A DNA stretch of 64,000 nucleotides from Anaerolineae bacterium (lineage in GTDB: Bacteria > Chloroflexota > Anaerolineae > Epilineales > Epilineaceae). The stretch lies in the NCBI GenBank assembly GCA_034432155.1, contig DAOUCP010000035.1:83036-147035 (forward strand). The letters run 5' to 3'. Of the stretch, positions 18,301 through 26,735 are shown in pieces. Made by a program: the position numbers and the translations under genes. Positions within the stretch are counted from its first letter, which is position 1; the number at the start of each line of letters is the position of its first letter. The notes below the pieces were generated by a model. The model was not told the origin of the DNA. It worked only from the letters and a program-made list of their open reading frames with translations, and did no database searches.

Positions 18301-19856
18301 TCGACTTCGGCGTCCGAACACGCGTGCCGGACGTGCCCCGTGGCGCCTTGGACCACGCCACCGTAGTGGCTTCCGATGGACGTGCCAGCTCCGCCGTCAG
18401 TCTTACGCTGACCGCATCTCGACTGGCCCCCCTCTTGCTCGTCGACGGCGACTTCTTCTACCAGAGCGAGGACCGGTACGTGGCCGGGCTCCGGCGGCTC
18501 GGCCTGGCATACGACCACTGGGAGCTCGGACTCTTGCGCCATGCGCCTGACATTCCGTCGGCGGCCGATCTGGCCGCCTATCCGGCGGTCATCTGGTTCA
18601 CGGGCTACGACTGGCGGCCCGACGGCAGCCTCAACCTCGACGGCCAGCGCGCCCTGGCCACGTACCTGGGAGCGGGCGGTCGGCTGCTGTTTTCCAGCGA
18701 AGACTACTTACTGATTCGTGCTACCACCCCATACACCGCCGACCGGCTGTTTCACGCCGATTTTCTGGGCGTCGCCGGCTACGCCATCGATGACGGACAA
18801 GCCCACCAGGGTCCCCTGCGCGGGGCGAAGGAGAGCATCTTGGCCGGCCTCGATGGCTGCCGTCTGCCGCTGCGCAGTCCAAGAGATGACCTCAGCGACG
18901 CGCTCGTGCCTAGACCCGAGGCTCGGCCAGCGCTGCTGGATGGCGCCGGTCAGGCCGTCGGCCTGGAGGTGGCCGTCCCACCGTTCAAGTCCCTGTTCCT
19001 GGCGCTTGACCTGGGCCTCATGGATTCGGAGTGCAGCGCCGAGATCATCCGGCGCGCGGTGGACTGGTTCAGCCCCATGCATCCAAGCTCCCTCCAGGTG
19101 GCGGATGGCCGTCTCGTCCTTGCGGGCGGCGACGACGTGCGCCTCGACTTGAAGCTGTGCAACGAAGGCCGGCAGGTGGCCTCCGGGGTGGCCGTTCACT
19201 GGGATCTGCCACCCAGCACAACGGTTACGGCGCCACCCGCGGACTGGGATTTCCTGCCGCCACGAACCCTGCGCTGGACCGGTTCGCTGGCTGCCAGCGA
19301 GCGGCGCCTCGTCACCACAGAGCTGCGTCTGGCCGACGACGTGCCGCCCAACAGCCACCTGCAGACCTCGGTGGCCATCACGGACCCGCAGGGGCTGCCC
19401 CTGCGCCGCAGCCTCAGCCTGCGAGCCAATGCCCCCGATCTGGCGCCCTCGCACAAGGCCGTCCATACCGGCCAGAGTCCACCTGCATTCGGCGAGCTGG
19501 CGACGTTCACCATCGTCGTCCGCAACTCGGGAACGCGCATCGCAAGCGCCGTGGCCGTCACCGATTGGCTGCCCAGCGGGCTGCGCCTGGTACCCCAATC
19601 GGTCCACGTCGACAGCGGTGAGGCGGCGGTAGGCGCCGATGGCCGCAGCCTGGTTTGGCATACCTCGGTGGCACCGGGGCGTGTCGCGGCCGTGTCGTAC
19701 GATGCGCGGGTGGTTACATCCGCTGGCGGACGTCTTCGCAACGTGGCGTTGGTGCGCGATGAATCGGGCACCGAGGTGTGGCTCAGCTCCGAACTGGCAG
19801 CGCAGGCGCGGTTGCCGCTCCCCTGCCTGCTCGTGGGGAGTGCGCCCGGCCGCTGA
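15369..19856 (+). CDS. Giant secreted multidomain S8 protease C (I9 + S8 + two beta-sandwich domains + two ThuA/GATase1-like domains + DUF11-like domain)
   Basis: TTG start with GGGGAG RBS. Signal peptide RLWRAVLGGLLLLTVAVWPLAEA. Motifs VTIAVLDTGVDVHHPSL, HGTHVAGTAVGG, GTSMAAPHVSGVIALL. Two ThuA-like segments (YDIVVWSHHT...GGRLFLTGQD and YPAVIWFTGYDW...GGRLLFSSED) follow. A C-terminal DUF11-like region ATFTIVVRNSGTRIASAVAVTDWLPSGL follows. Confidence 0.8.
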   Translation: MPQPSPHPVSSRFRLWRAVLGGLLLLTVAVWPLAEAHSRAVAGLVRPPAVADHRAADRSPTAARTLPGGRGPRAVVDPALRRELAHAGERHIPVIVHLALPEKSEPAASSGNALTSLQARPLAFARYAQPLLAYLERERQAGRIGRVTSLWLANAVAVTVAPAALPDLAAAPGVRFLALDGSLHLEPWQSLGADPGRAAESPPPWNIRAVRADEVWRLFGIDGSGVTIAVLDTGVDVHHPSLRTRYRGYLSGGFRNRGNWWCRPEDPLCGFGNAYPVDSIGHGTHVAGTAVGGDGIGVAPGAHWIAARVCADVTCQVSWIIEGLQWLLAPGGASDLRPDIVNLSLGNEDSDGSLVLKNSIDALTAAGIVVVASAGNRAGTVTEPASYPNVIAVGAVDSSLRRWPQSGYGSTLWQQNKPELMAPGVAITSAIPGGGLGVKTGTSMAAPHVSGVIALLKQAKPDLTPATVAVILKRTATAVGPIQPNAQSGWGLVNAYAAVATVGEVGFVRGRVTRLDGTAIPWARIGLHELGGGALATVEVDEDGKYELAVRPGVYSLTAEAFAFGPRTERPVTVQKDETSQVDFVLEPLPSVGQFAGWVYARRGSQRIPMAARLELLNVPSEFALRSNPDTGFSAQLPAGRYTVRIRELGYRILTDTVTITAGATITRSYELDPAPRILLVDGDAWLYRPAIDRFRQALDRTGYPFDEWPVIDDSAGPGADGGPPRLEDLQRYDIVVWSHHTSSPGTVNAAEVLDKYLAAGGRLFLTGQDILCLDGGSDAGSDACNRQPQQHPYVERRLRSRVVRDNSGSLTIMGTPSGLLSGLRLTLNGPDSADNQVAPDVLRPLDPLAAAPIATYEGGGDAGMQVGPCAAGRAVIFGFGFEGIAGARLRDQVMARVIEGLWRAEPPNRLRLRADLDRRSADVGRTLSFTVTLRNVSTLSATVDIRLANHAWPWTLWQAGFDKPLGEPLTLGGCAQVDFGVRTRVPDVPRGALDHATVVASDGRASSAVSLTLTASRLAPLLLVDGDFFYQSEDRYVAGLRRLGLAYDHWELGLLRHAPDIPSAADLAAYPAVIWFTGYDWRPDGSLNLDGQRALATYLGAGGRLLFSSEDYLLIRATTPYTADRLFHADFLGVAGYAIDDGQAHQGPLRGAKESILAGLDGCRLPLRSPRDDLSDALVPRPEARPALLDGAGQAVGLEVAVPPFKSLFLALDLGLMDSECSAEIIRRAVDWFSPMHPSSLQVADGRLVLAGGDDVRLDLKLCNEGRQVASGVAVHWDLPPSTTVTAPPADWDFLPPRTLRWTGSLAASERRLVTTELRLADDVPPNSHLQTSVAITDPQGLPLRRSLSLRANAPDLAPSHKAVHTGQSPPAFGELATFTIVVRNSGTRIASAVAVTDWLPSGLRLVPQSVHVDSGEAAVGADGRSLVWHTSVAPGRVAAVSYDARVVTSAGGRLRNVALVRDESGTEVWLSSELAAQARLPLPCLLVGSAPGR

Positions 19857-19963
19857 GCGCATTGCGCCTGCGCCGTCGGGCGGGCAATACGCTATAATGC
19901 GGCAGGTGCCCCAGGGCCCCACGCCGCCTCCCCGCACCGCAGCCGAAAGCGGAGCCCATCGCC

Positions 19964-21061
19964 GTGGATCGTCTTGACGAAATGGCCCGGGTCGTTCGCG
20001 ACCTGGCCGCCCAGGTCGAGGCCTTGCGCGCTAACGCCACCGGGGTGCAGGCGCGTCTGACCACCATCGAGGGACAACTCGCCGCGACGTTGGCCGCCCA
20101 GGCCGACCTGGCCGGCCAGCTGGAGCATGTGCGACTCGATCGCACGCGTTTGGCGACCTTGGAGCGAAGCCTCGGCCAGCTTGGCGAAGACCGCCAGCGA
20201 ACCATCGACCAGTTGGCAGCCGATGTGCGGCGCACCGCGGACGAAGCGCTGCGGCGCATGGCGGGGCAGTTGCAGCAGAGAAGTCATGAGCTGGCAGCGC
20301 TAGCCATGCGCGTCGATGCCTTGGAAAAGGAGGCCCAGTTCGGGACCTTGGCGGGCCAAATGGACCTCCTCGGCCAGCAGCTCGCCGCGCTGGCGGTGCG
20401 CCTGGACGAAATGCAGCGCGAGCGCCAGGCCATCGAGGAGACCGCGCGCCAGCGCGAAGACCGTACCGCAGGACGGCTGGCCGACCTCCAACGCCAGCTC
20501 GGCCAACAAGAGCAGAATGTGGCCGGCTGGCAGGCGCGAATCGAGGCCCAGAGCGAGACCGTTCGGCAGAGCCAGGCGCTCGCCGAACAGATGGCGGAGG
20601 AGGTGCGCGGACTGCAGCGCGCCCAGCACGAGCTGGCCGAGGCACAGCGCGTGTGGCGGGAGCAGCTGAGCGGCTCGCTGGCTGAGCGGCTGGCTTCCTG
20701 GGAGTCCGAGTGGCAGGCCTTCCTGGTGCAGCAAGAGCAGGCGAGGCGGCTCCGCGATGGGCATATTTCGGCCATGGAGGCTACCTTGCGCTCGCTGGAG
20801 GAACGAGTGGTCGAACTGGCCGGCCAGATCCAGGGGCAAGCGGATGCGGCGCGGCAGGAGGCACAGGCGCATGCCGACGCCCTTCGGGCCAGCCGGGAGG
20901 AGCTGCTGCGGGTGGTGACCGCGGTGCATGATCGGCTGGGCCAGGTGATCCGCGACTGGGAAGCCGACTTGCCGTACGAAGCGCGGCCGTCGGTGGTGGA
21001 GGAGCGGCGACGGGCACTCCGTCGGGAGCGCCGCGCACGGCAGGAGGCGCCCGAGGACTAG
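19964..21061 (+). CDS. Coiled-coil hypothetical protein
   Basis: GTG start with GGAG 10 nt upstream. The protein is heptad-like and Ala/Gln/Leu/Arg-rich (…LAAQVEALRANATGVQARLTTIEGQLAATLAAQADLAGQLE…). The stop lies 4 nt before the selB start. Confidence 0.5.
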   Translation: MDRLDEMARVVRDLAAQVEALRANATGVQARLTTIEGQLAATLAAQADLAGQLEHVRLDRTRLATLERSLGQLGEDRQRTIDQLAADVRRTADEALRRMAGQLQQRSHELAALAMRVDALEKEAQFGTLAGQMDLLGQQLAALAVRLDEMQRERQAIEETARQREDRTAGRLADLQRQLGQQEQNVAGWQARIEAQSETVRQSQALAEQMAEEVRGLQRAQHELAEAQRVWREQLSGSLAERLASWESEWQAFLVQQEQARRLRDGHISAMEATLRSLEERVVELAGQIQGQADAARQEAQAHADALRASREELLRVVTAVHDRLGQVIRDWEADLPYEARPSVVEERRRALRRERRARQEAPED

Positions 21062-21064
21062 CCG

Positions 21065-22987
21065 ATGCTCCAGGACAAGGTGGTCGTGATCGGCACCGCG
21101 GGCCACGTCGATCACGGGAAGAGTGCGCTCCTCAAAGCACTTACGGGCACCGATCCCGATCGCCTGGCCGTGGAACGCGAACGGGGCATGACGATCGATC
21201 TGGGCTTCGCTTGGTGCCGACTGGCCAGCGGCATGCTCGCCAGCTTCGTCGATGTGCCAGGCCACGAGGATCTCGTCCATCACATGGTCGCGGGCGCAAC
21301 GGCAACGGATGCGGTTCTCCTGGTCGTTGCCGCTGACGAGGGGCCCATGCCTCAGACCCTCGAGCACCTCCAGATCCTCGATCTCCTCGGAATCACTCGC
21401 GGTGTGGTGGCGCTGACCAAAACCGACCTGGTAGACGCCGAGTGGCTGGCGCTCATTCGTCAGGCTGTCCACGAGATGCTGGCGTCCACCTCGCTGGCCG
21501 ATGCACCCCTGGTCGAGGTGAGCGCCGTCACCGGCGACGGCCTGGGAAATCTCACCACTGCCCTGGACCGCATCCTCGCCAGCACCCCTCCTCCTTTGGA
21601 CCGCGGCCGTCCGCGATTGCCGATCGACCGCGTCTTCACATTGGCCGGACTTGGCACCATCGTCGCCGGCACGCTGCGCGATGGGACGCTCGGGGTGGGG
21701 CAAGCGGTTGTCCTTCTGCCTTCGGGCTTGCGCTCGCGGGCGCGCAGCATCCACACCTACGGCCAAGCTACGTCCACCGCCGGCCCGGGCGCCCGCACGG
21801 CCGTCAACGTGGCCGGCGTAGACGTGGGGCAGATCCGTCGGGGCGACGTGCTCGTCGCGGACATGCCGTATCCGGTTAGTCAGCGGCTGGACGTCGAGTT
21901 GCGCGTTCTGCCGACCGCCAGGCCGGTGCGGCACGACATGACGGTGGCCTTCTTCCACGGCGCAGGCCAGATTCCAGCGCGCGTGCGCACCATCGGCGGG
22001 GCGGCGATCGGGTCCGGCGAGTCGGGCTATGCCCAGCTCATTCTGGCCACGCCGGCAGTGGTGGCGGCTGGCGACCGCTTCGTGATTCGCCAGCCGTCGC
22101 CGTCGAGGACGCTGGGCGGTGGCCGCGTGCTCGACCCCTGCGCGCCCCGGCGCTGGCGAAGGCTCCGGCCCGAGACCCGCCAGCGATTCGAGGATTTGGC
22201 CAGCGGTGCAGCCGATCGCGCACTCTGGCACCTTGTCGAGGAACGTCAACCGTGTCGGCTGGCGGCTCTGCCTGCTGCCGAGAGCGGTCTGGAGGCCCAC
22301 GAGCGAGACCTTGCTGCCGCGATGCTCGAAGCGGACGGCCGAGTGAAGCGCCTTGGCGAGGTGTGGTTCACCGACCGTGGTTGGGATGCCTTGCGACGAC
22401 GGGCCGAGGCAACGGTGGCCGGCTACCATGCGCGCCATCCGTTGCGCCAGGGAATGGCGGTGGAGGAGCTTCGGCAACGACTCGGCCTGGACGGCGAAGC
22501 CTTTGCCGCCTTCTTGGTCCAGGCTGCAGCCGAAGGTTGGCTGGTGAGGGCGCCTCGAACCGTTGCTTTGCCTCGTCACCAAGTGCGTTTCCGGCCCGAG
22601 GAGCAGGCGGCGGCCGCGGCGCTCCTGGCTCGCTTCCGGACCGCACCCTACACTCCGCCCTCGGCCAAGGAGGCACGACTGGCGGTCGGTCCCGAGGTGT
22701 TGGCGGCTTTGGTCGAGCGCCAGGAACTGATGGAGGTCAGCGACGAGGTTCTGTTGAGCCACGATGCCTACGAACAGATGCGCCAAGCGGTGCTGGACAT
22801 CCTGGCCAGCGCAGGGCAGATCACCATTGCCGATCTGCGCGATCGTTTCAAGACCAGCCGTCGCTATGCCCAGGCCTTTCTGGAGCACTTGGACCGGCTG
22901 CACGTGACTCGTCGCCAGGGCGATGCCCATGTGGCAGACGTAACGAGTGAGCGTGGCGGCTCGCCGCGTGACGAGGGGCATGCGTGA
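21065..22987 (+). CDS. selB: Selenocysteine-specific translation elongation factor SelB
   Basis: G1 GHVDHGKS, G2 RGMTIDLG, G3 DVPGHE. G4 is TKTD (E. coli SelB has TKAD). G5 SAVTGDG. C-terminal winged-helix domains end ...ITIADLRDRFKTSRRYAQAFLEHLDRLHVTRR, typical of the SelB mRNA-binding domain. Confidence 0.85.
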   Translation: MLQDKVVVIGTAGHVDHGKSALLKALTGTDPDRLAVERERGMTIDLGFAWCRLASGMLASFVDVPGHEDLVHHMVAGATATDAVLLVVAADEGPMPQTLEHLQILDLLGITRGVVALTKTDLVDAEWLALIRQAVHEMLASTSLADAPLVEVSAVTGDGLGNLTTALDRILASTPPPLDRGRPRLPIDRVFTLAGLGTIVAGTLRDGTLGVGQAVVLLPSGLRSRARSIHTYGQATSTAGPGARTAVNVAGVDVGQIRRGDVLVADMPYPVSQRLDVELRVLPTARPVRHDMTVAFFHGAGQIPARVRTIGGAAIGSGESGYAQLILATPAVVAAGDRFVIRQPSPSRTLGGGRVLDPCAPRRWRRLRPETRQRFEDLASGAADRALWHLVEERQPCRLAALPAAESGLEAHERDLAAAMLEADGRVKRLGEVWFTDRGWDALRRRAEATVAGYHARHPLRQGMAVEELRQRLGLDGEAFAAFLVQAAAEGWLVRAPRTVALPRHQVRFRPEEQAAAAALLARFRTAPYTPPSAKEARLAVGPEVLAALVERQELMEVSDEVLLSHDAYEQMRQAVLDILASAGQITIADLRDRFKTSRRYAQAFLEHLDRLHVTRRQGDAHVADVTSERGGSPRDEGHA

Positions 22988-23892
22988 CTCGACAGCTCGA
23001 CGTCGCGGTGGCCATTGTGAGCTTCGAGACGGCACCGCTGCTCGAGCGGTGCTTGCGCTCCTTGCACGAGGGTGGCTTGGACGGCCTGGCCGCCGGAGTG
23101 TGGGTTTTCGACAACGCCTCGCAAGACGGCAGCGTTGCCGTGGTGCAGCGAGAGTTCCCCGACGTGCACCTCCTGATGAGCGACCGCAATCTCGGCTATG
23201 CCGCAGCGAACAACCAACTGCTGCGCGATGCGGGCTTTGCCGCCGGCGGCAGCGCCCTCGCCCGGCACGCGCTGCTGCTCAACCCCGACACCGTCGTGCC
23301 GCCGGGCGCCATTGCAGAGCTGGTGGCCTTTCTGGAAGCCGAGCCGGATATCGGCGTGGTCGGCCCCAAGCTGGTGCGCGCCGACGGTTCGCTGGACCTG
23401 GCTTGCCGCCGCAGCTTCCCCACTCCGGCCGTGTCCCTCTACCGCTTCGCGGGCCTGTCGCGCCTGTTTCCTGGAAGTCGACGGTTCGGCCGGTACAATC
23501 TGACCTACTTGGACCCAGACCTGCCCGTGGACGTGGACGCTGTGGTCGGTGCTTGCATGCTGGTCCGAGGTACGGCCATCGAGCAGGTCGGCCTGCTGGA
23601 CGAGCGCTTCTGGATGTACGGCGAAGATCTTGATTGGGCGTTCCGGATCCGCCAGGCCGGCTGGCGGGTGGTGTATCGCCCGCAGGTGACGATCCAACAC
23701 GTCAAGCGCGCTGCCGCGGCGCGAAGCTCGCGGGCCAGCTATGAGTTCACGCGTGCGATGTGGTTGTTCTATCAGAAGCACTATGCTCGCACTACGAGCC
23801 GGCCCATCCATTGGCTGATCGTGCTGGCCCTCGCCTTGCGTGGGGGTCGGCGGCTGATCGCCGAGATGCGTGCTGCCCGGAGTGGTCCGTGA
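22984..23892 (+). CDS. Glycosyltransferase family 2
   Basis: VAIVSFETAPLLERCL...VFDNASQDGS...NLGYAAANN fits the GT-A fold. The GTG start overlaps the selB stop (GTGA). The stop overlaps the next start (GTGA). Confidence 0.75.
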   Translation: MTRQLDVAVAIVSFETAPLLERCLRSLHEGGLDGLAAGVWVFDNASQDGSVAVVQREFPDVHLLMSDRNLGYAAANNQLLRDAGFAAGGSALARHALLLNPDTVVPPGAIAELVAFLEAEPDIGVVGPKLVRADGSLDLACRRSFPTPAVSLYRFAGLSRLFPGSRRFGRYNLTYLDPDLPVDVDAVVGACMLVRGTAIEQVGLLDERFWMYGEDLDWAFRIRQAGWRVVYRPQVTIQHVKRAAAARSSRASYEFTRAMWLFYQKHYARTTSRPIHWLIVLALALRGGRRLIAEMRAARSGP

Positions 23893-25319
23893 AGCGTGAT
23901 GCCCGTTGTCGCCGCCTTTGGCTGGAGCGACTGTCGCAGCTGGCGCTCGACCTCCTTGGCTTCGCCCTGGGCATTTGGCTGGCCTACGCGGTGTACCTCC
24001 GGACGGTGGTGCAGGATGCGACCGCGCCCCCCAGCGGCTTTGGGGAGTACGGCGTCGAAGTGGGACTCGGCTACCTGGTGCTGGTGCAAGTTCTCACCCT
24101 CTCGGTGGTGTTCTTCAGCGCCCGGCTTTACCACCAGCCGCGAGGAGTGTCGCGGGTGGATCTGGCGGCGCACATCCTGCGGGCCGTGTCGATTGGGATT
24201 CTCCTATCCATGGCCGTGATCAGCCTGGTGTTGCCCAGACTGGAGGTCTCGCGTCGCATCCTGGTCTACGACTGGCTTCTCACCTTCGCTCTGGTCCTCG
24301 GGCTGCGTCTTGTTCACCGGTCGGTATGGAGCAGCATTCGAAAGCGCGGCATTGGTTGCGACCGCGTGCTGGTGGTCGGAGCCGGTACCGAGGCGCAGGA
24401 CCTGCTGACGCGTATCCAGGCCCGGCCCGCCTTGGGCTACCAGGTGGTGGGCGTGGTGGCCGATGTGCCACGCTTGTCCCGCGTCCGCGGCGTGCCGATC
24501 GTCGGCCGCACGAGCCAGCTCGCGGACCTGGTCGAGCGCCTGGCGGTGGATGAGGTTCTGATTGCCCTGCCGGAGCCGTCGCGGCAACAGCTGCTGGAAC
24601 TTACGAGCCAGTGTTCGCGCGAAGGTCTGTCCGTCCGCATCTATCCCGACGTGTTTCAGATCCTCGCCAGCGAGCTGCGCATGGGGCACCTGGATGGCTT
24701 GCCGCTATTAACGATGCACGACGTGGCACTCAGCGGCTGGCGTCGATCGTTGAAGCGCTTGATCGACATCGCCTTCAGCGGCACCGCCCTAGTGCTGCTC
24801 TCGCCGCTCATGCTCCTCGTCGCCATCCTGGTGAAACTGGACTCGCCGGGCCCGGCCTTCTACGTGCAGGAACGCATGGGGCTGGACGCGCGCCCCTTTC
24901 CGATGCTGAAGTTCCGCACCATGCGGGCCGATGCCGAGCGGGATTCGGGCGCCGTCTGGGCGGTACGCGAGGATCCGCGGCGCACCCGCATTGGCCGCTG
25001 GTTGCGGCGAACGAGCATCGACGAACTGCCGCAGCTCATCAACGTGCTCCTCGGTCACATGAGCGTAGTCGGGCCGCGCCCCGAACGGCCCGAGTTCGTG
25101 CGCGAGTTCCAGCGTCAGATCCCGCGTTACATGGAGCGGCATCGCGAGAAGTCAGGCATCACCGGCTGGGCGCAGGTGAACGGGCTGCGGGGCAGCACTT
25201 CAATTGCTGAACGCACGAAATATGACCTATACTACGTTGAGAACTGGTCCCTTCTGTTTGACTTTCGCATCATGGCACTGACAGTCCTCCAGTTCTTCCG
25301 CGATCCCAACGCTTACTGA
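23889..25319 (+). CDS. Polyprenyl (undecaprenyl)-phosphate glycosylphosphotransferase, WbaP/WcaJ type (exopolysaccharide priming enzyme)
   Basis: N-terminal TM helices. C-terminal bacterial sugar transferase domain LKRLIDIAFSGTALVLLSPLMLLVAILVKLDSPGPAFYVQERMG...IDELPQLINVLLGHMSVVGPRPERP. In-frame GTG at 23889 overlaps the GT2 stop. Confidence 0.8.
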   Translation: MKRDARCRRLWLERLSQLALDLLGFALGIWLAYAVYLRTVVQDATAPPSGFGEYGVEVGLGYLVLVQVLTLSVVFFSARLYHQPRGVSRVDLAAHILRAVSIGILLSMAVISLVLPRLEVSRRILVYDWLLTFALVLGLRLVHRSVWSSIRKRGIGCDRVLVVGAGTEAQDLLTRIQARPALGYQVVGVVADVPRLSRVRGVPIVGRTSQLADLVERLAVDEVLIALPEPSRQQLLELTSQCSREGLSVRIYPDVFQILASELRMGHLDGLPLLTMHDVALSGWRRSLKRLIDIAFSGTALVLLSPLMLLVAILVKLDSPGPAFYVQERMGLDARPFPMLKFRTMRADAERDSGAVWAVREDPRRTRIGRWLRRTSIDELPQLINVLLGHMSVVGPRPERPEFVREFQRQIPRYMERHREKSGITGWAQVNGLRGSTSIAERTKYDLYYVENWSLLFDFRIMALTVLQFFRDPNAY

Positions 25320-25364
25320 CGTCTGACAAGGGCCGAACGCAGGCGGCGAGAGACCGTCGCTGTG

Positions 25365-25544
25365 GACGCCGGGCGGAGAGGAATCGCCGGTCTCGACGCC
25401 GGACGGACGGGAATCCCCGCTGTCGACGGCGGCCCGCGAGGGAGCGCAGGGGTTGACGCCGGACGGACAGGAATCCCTGGTGTCGACGGCCGGCAGAGAG
25501 GCAGCGCGGGTGTTGACGGCGGGCGAAGAGGAAGCTAGGATTAG
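25365..25544. repeat. 6 x 30-nt tandem array (two alternating unit subtypes) between the sugar-transferase stop and hrcA
   Basis: Unit starts fall at 25365, 25395, 25425, 25455, 25485 and 25515. One forward frame (GTG 25362 to TAG 25536-25538) reads a clean decapeptide repeat DAGRxGIxxV / DGGxRGSAGV. Confidence 0.65.
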
Positions 25545-25607
25545 TGCGCCGGCCGCGGCGCTTCGCCGGCGGCGAGCACCAGCCGAGGAGGCTGAGCGCC
25601 GACGACG

Positions 25608-26690
25608 GTGCCATGGGCCGCGGCCCGACGGGGAACGATGATTGCAGGCCCTCCGCCTTCGCGCGAGCTGACCGAGCGGCAAACCCGCATCCTCATGCTG
25701 GTGGTGCAAGAGCACATTCGGACCGGCCAGCCAGTGCCGTCTGCCGCTCTGGCCCGGCGTAGCGACGTTGCCGTAAGCCCGGCTACCGTCCGCGCCGAGA
25801 TGGCAGCGTTGGAGGAGCTGGGGTTGCTCACCCATCCCCATACCTCCGCCGGCCGGGTACCGACCGTTGCCGGGTATCGGTACTTCGCCGAGCACCTGCT
25901 CCGGCGGGGCACCCTGTCGGCCCAGGAACGGCGGGCCATTCGGGCCCGCTTTCTGGCCGCCGGCTGGGACCCGGAGCGCTGGATGCAGATCGCCGCGGAT
26001 ATGATCTCTCAGCTCTCGGGAGTGGCGGGGCTAGCCGCCGCTTTGCCCAGTATTGGCGCAGCGCTACGGCGCCTCGAGTTGGTGGACCTAGGCGGTGGCG
26101 TGGTGCAGATCGTCGTCGTCCTCGACGACGGACAGGTGCGTCAGGTGCGCTGGTGCCCGCAGCACGAATATGACCAGGAGCTCCTCGACCGGTTCAGTCG
26201 GCGGGTCAACGAGCACGTGGCCGGCTTCGCCCAGACCGATTGGACCGGGGCCGGGTGGACAACGCCTTTCCAGGAGGAGGCTGCCCTTGCCATTCGAGAG
26301 CTGGTGAGCAGCCCCCGTCGCCGTGCCGTCCGCCCACCGCGGCTGTACCACTCGGGGTTGGCGCGCATTGTCGAGGAGCCCGAGTTGGCGGTGAGCGGCC
26401 AGCTGCGCCACGTGGTCTCCGTCCTGGAGCATGGCGAGGGGCTGGACATCTTGGTGACCAGGCTGCGCCTTCAGGGTGCCCACGTCTTCATCGGCGGCGA
26501 GCCGCCACTGGAGGAGTGGCCCCCCATTACGCTCATCCTGTCGCGCTTCGGAGGTCGAACCCGTCAGGATGGGCTCGTGGGTGTGGTGGGCCCAACGCGG
26601 CTGCCCTACGAGCGTGCCGTGCCGGCGGTCGAATACGTGGCCGAACTGATGACCCATTTGCTGGCCGGCCAACCGGTCATGCCGGCGTGA
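25608..26690 (+). CDS. hrcA: Heat-inducible transcription repressor HrcA
   Basis: N-terminal winged HTH LTERQTRILMLVVQEHIRTGQPVPSAALARRSDVAVSPATVRAEMAALEELGLL. The C-terminal domain is typical of HrcA. An alternative start is the ATG at 25638. Confidence 0.85.
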   Translation: MPWAAARRGTMIAGPPPSRELTERQTRILMLVVQEHIRTGQPVPSAALARRSDVAVSPATVRAEMAALEELGLLTHPHTSAGRVPTVAGYRYFAEHLLRRGTLSAQERRAIRARFLAAGWDPERWMQIAADMISQLSGVAGLAAALPSIGAALRRLELVDLGGGVVQIVVVLDDGQVRQVRWCPQHEYDQELLDRFSRRVNEHVAGFAQTDWTGAGWTTPFQEEAALAIRELVSSPRRRAVRPPRLYHSGLARIVEEPELAVSGQLRHVVSVLEHGEGLDILVTRLRLQGAHVFIGGEPPLEEWPPITLILSRFGGRTRQDGLVGVVGPTRLPYERAVPAVEYVAELMTHLLAGQPVMPA

Positions 26691-26735
26691 CGTTGCGGCG
26701 GGCCCGCGCTCTCGCATCTGCAGACGAAGCAGCCG

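Noticed and set aside
21065-22987. SelB as a degenerate non-Sec paralog because G4 reads TKTD instead of NKxD
   Set aside because: E. coli SelB itself has TKAD at this position, and the C-terminal winged-helix mRNA-binding signature is intact. It is therefore called a genuine SelB; the oddity is its genomic context.
25365-25544. 30-nt tandem array as a CRISPR array
   Set aside because: The units are contiguous with no unique spacers, are imperfect, and alternate between two subtypes. No cas genes are nearby.
25540-25610. CIRCE operator upstream of hrcA
   Set aside because: Only a weak half-site (TTAGTGCGC) is present, with no matching inverted partner at a 9-nt spacing. Canonical CIRCE cannot be supported.
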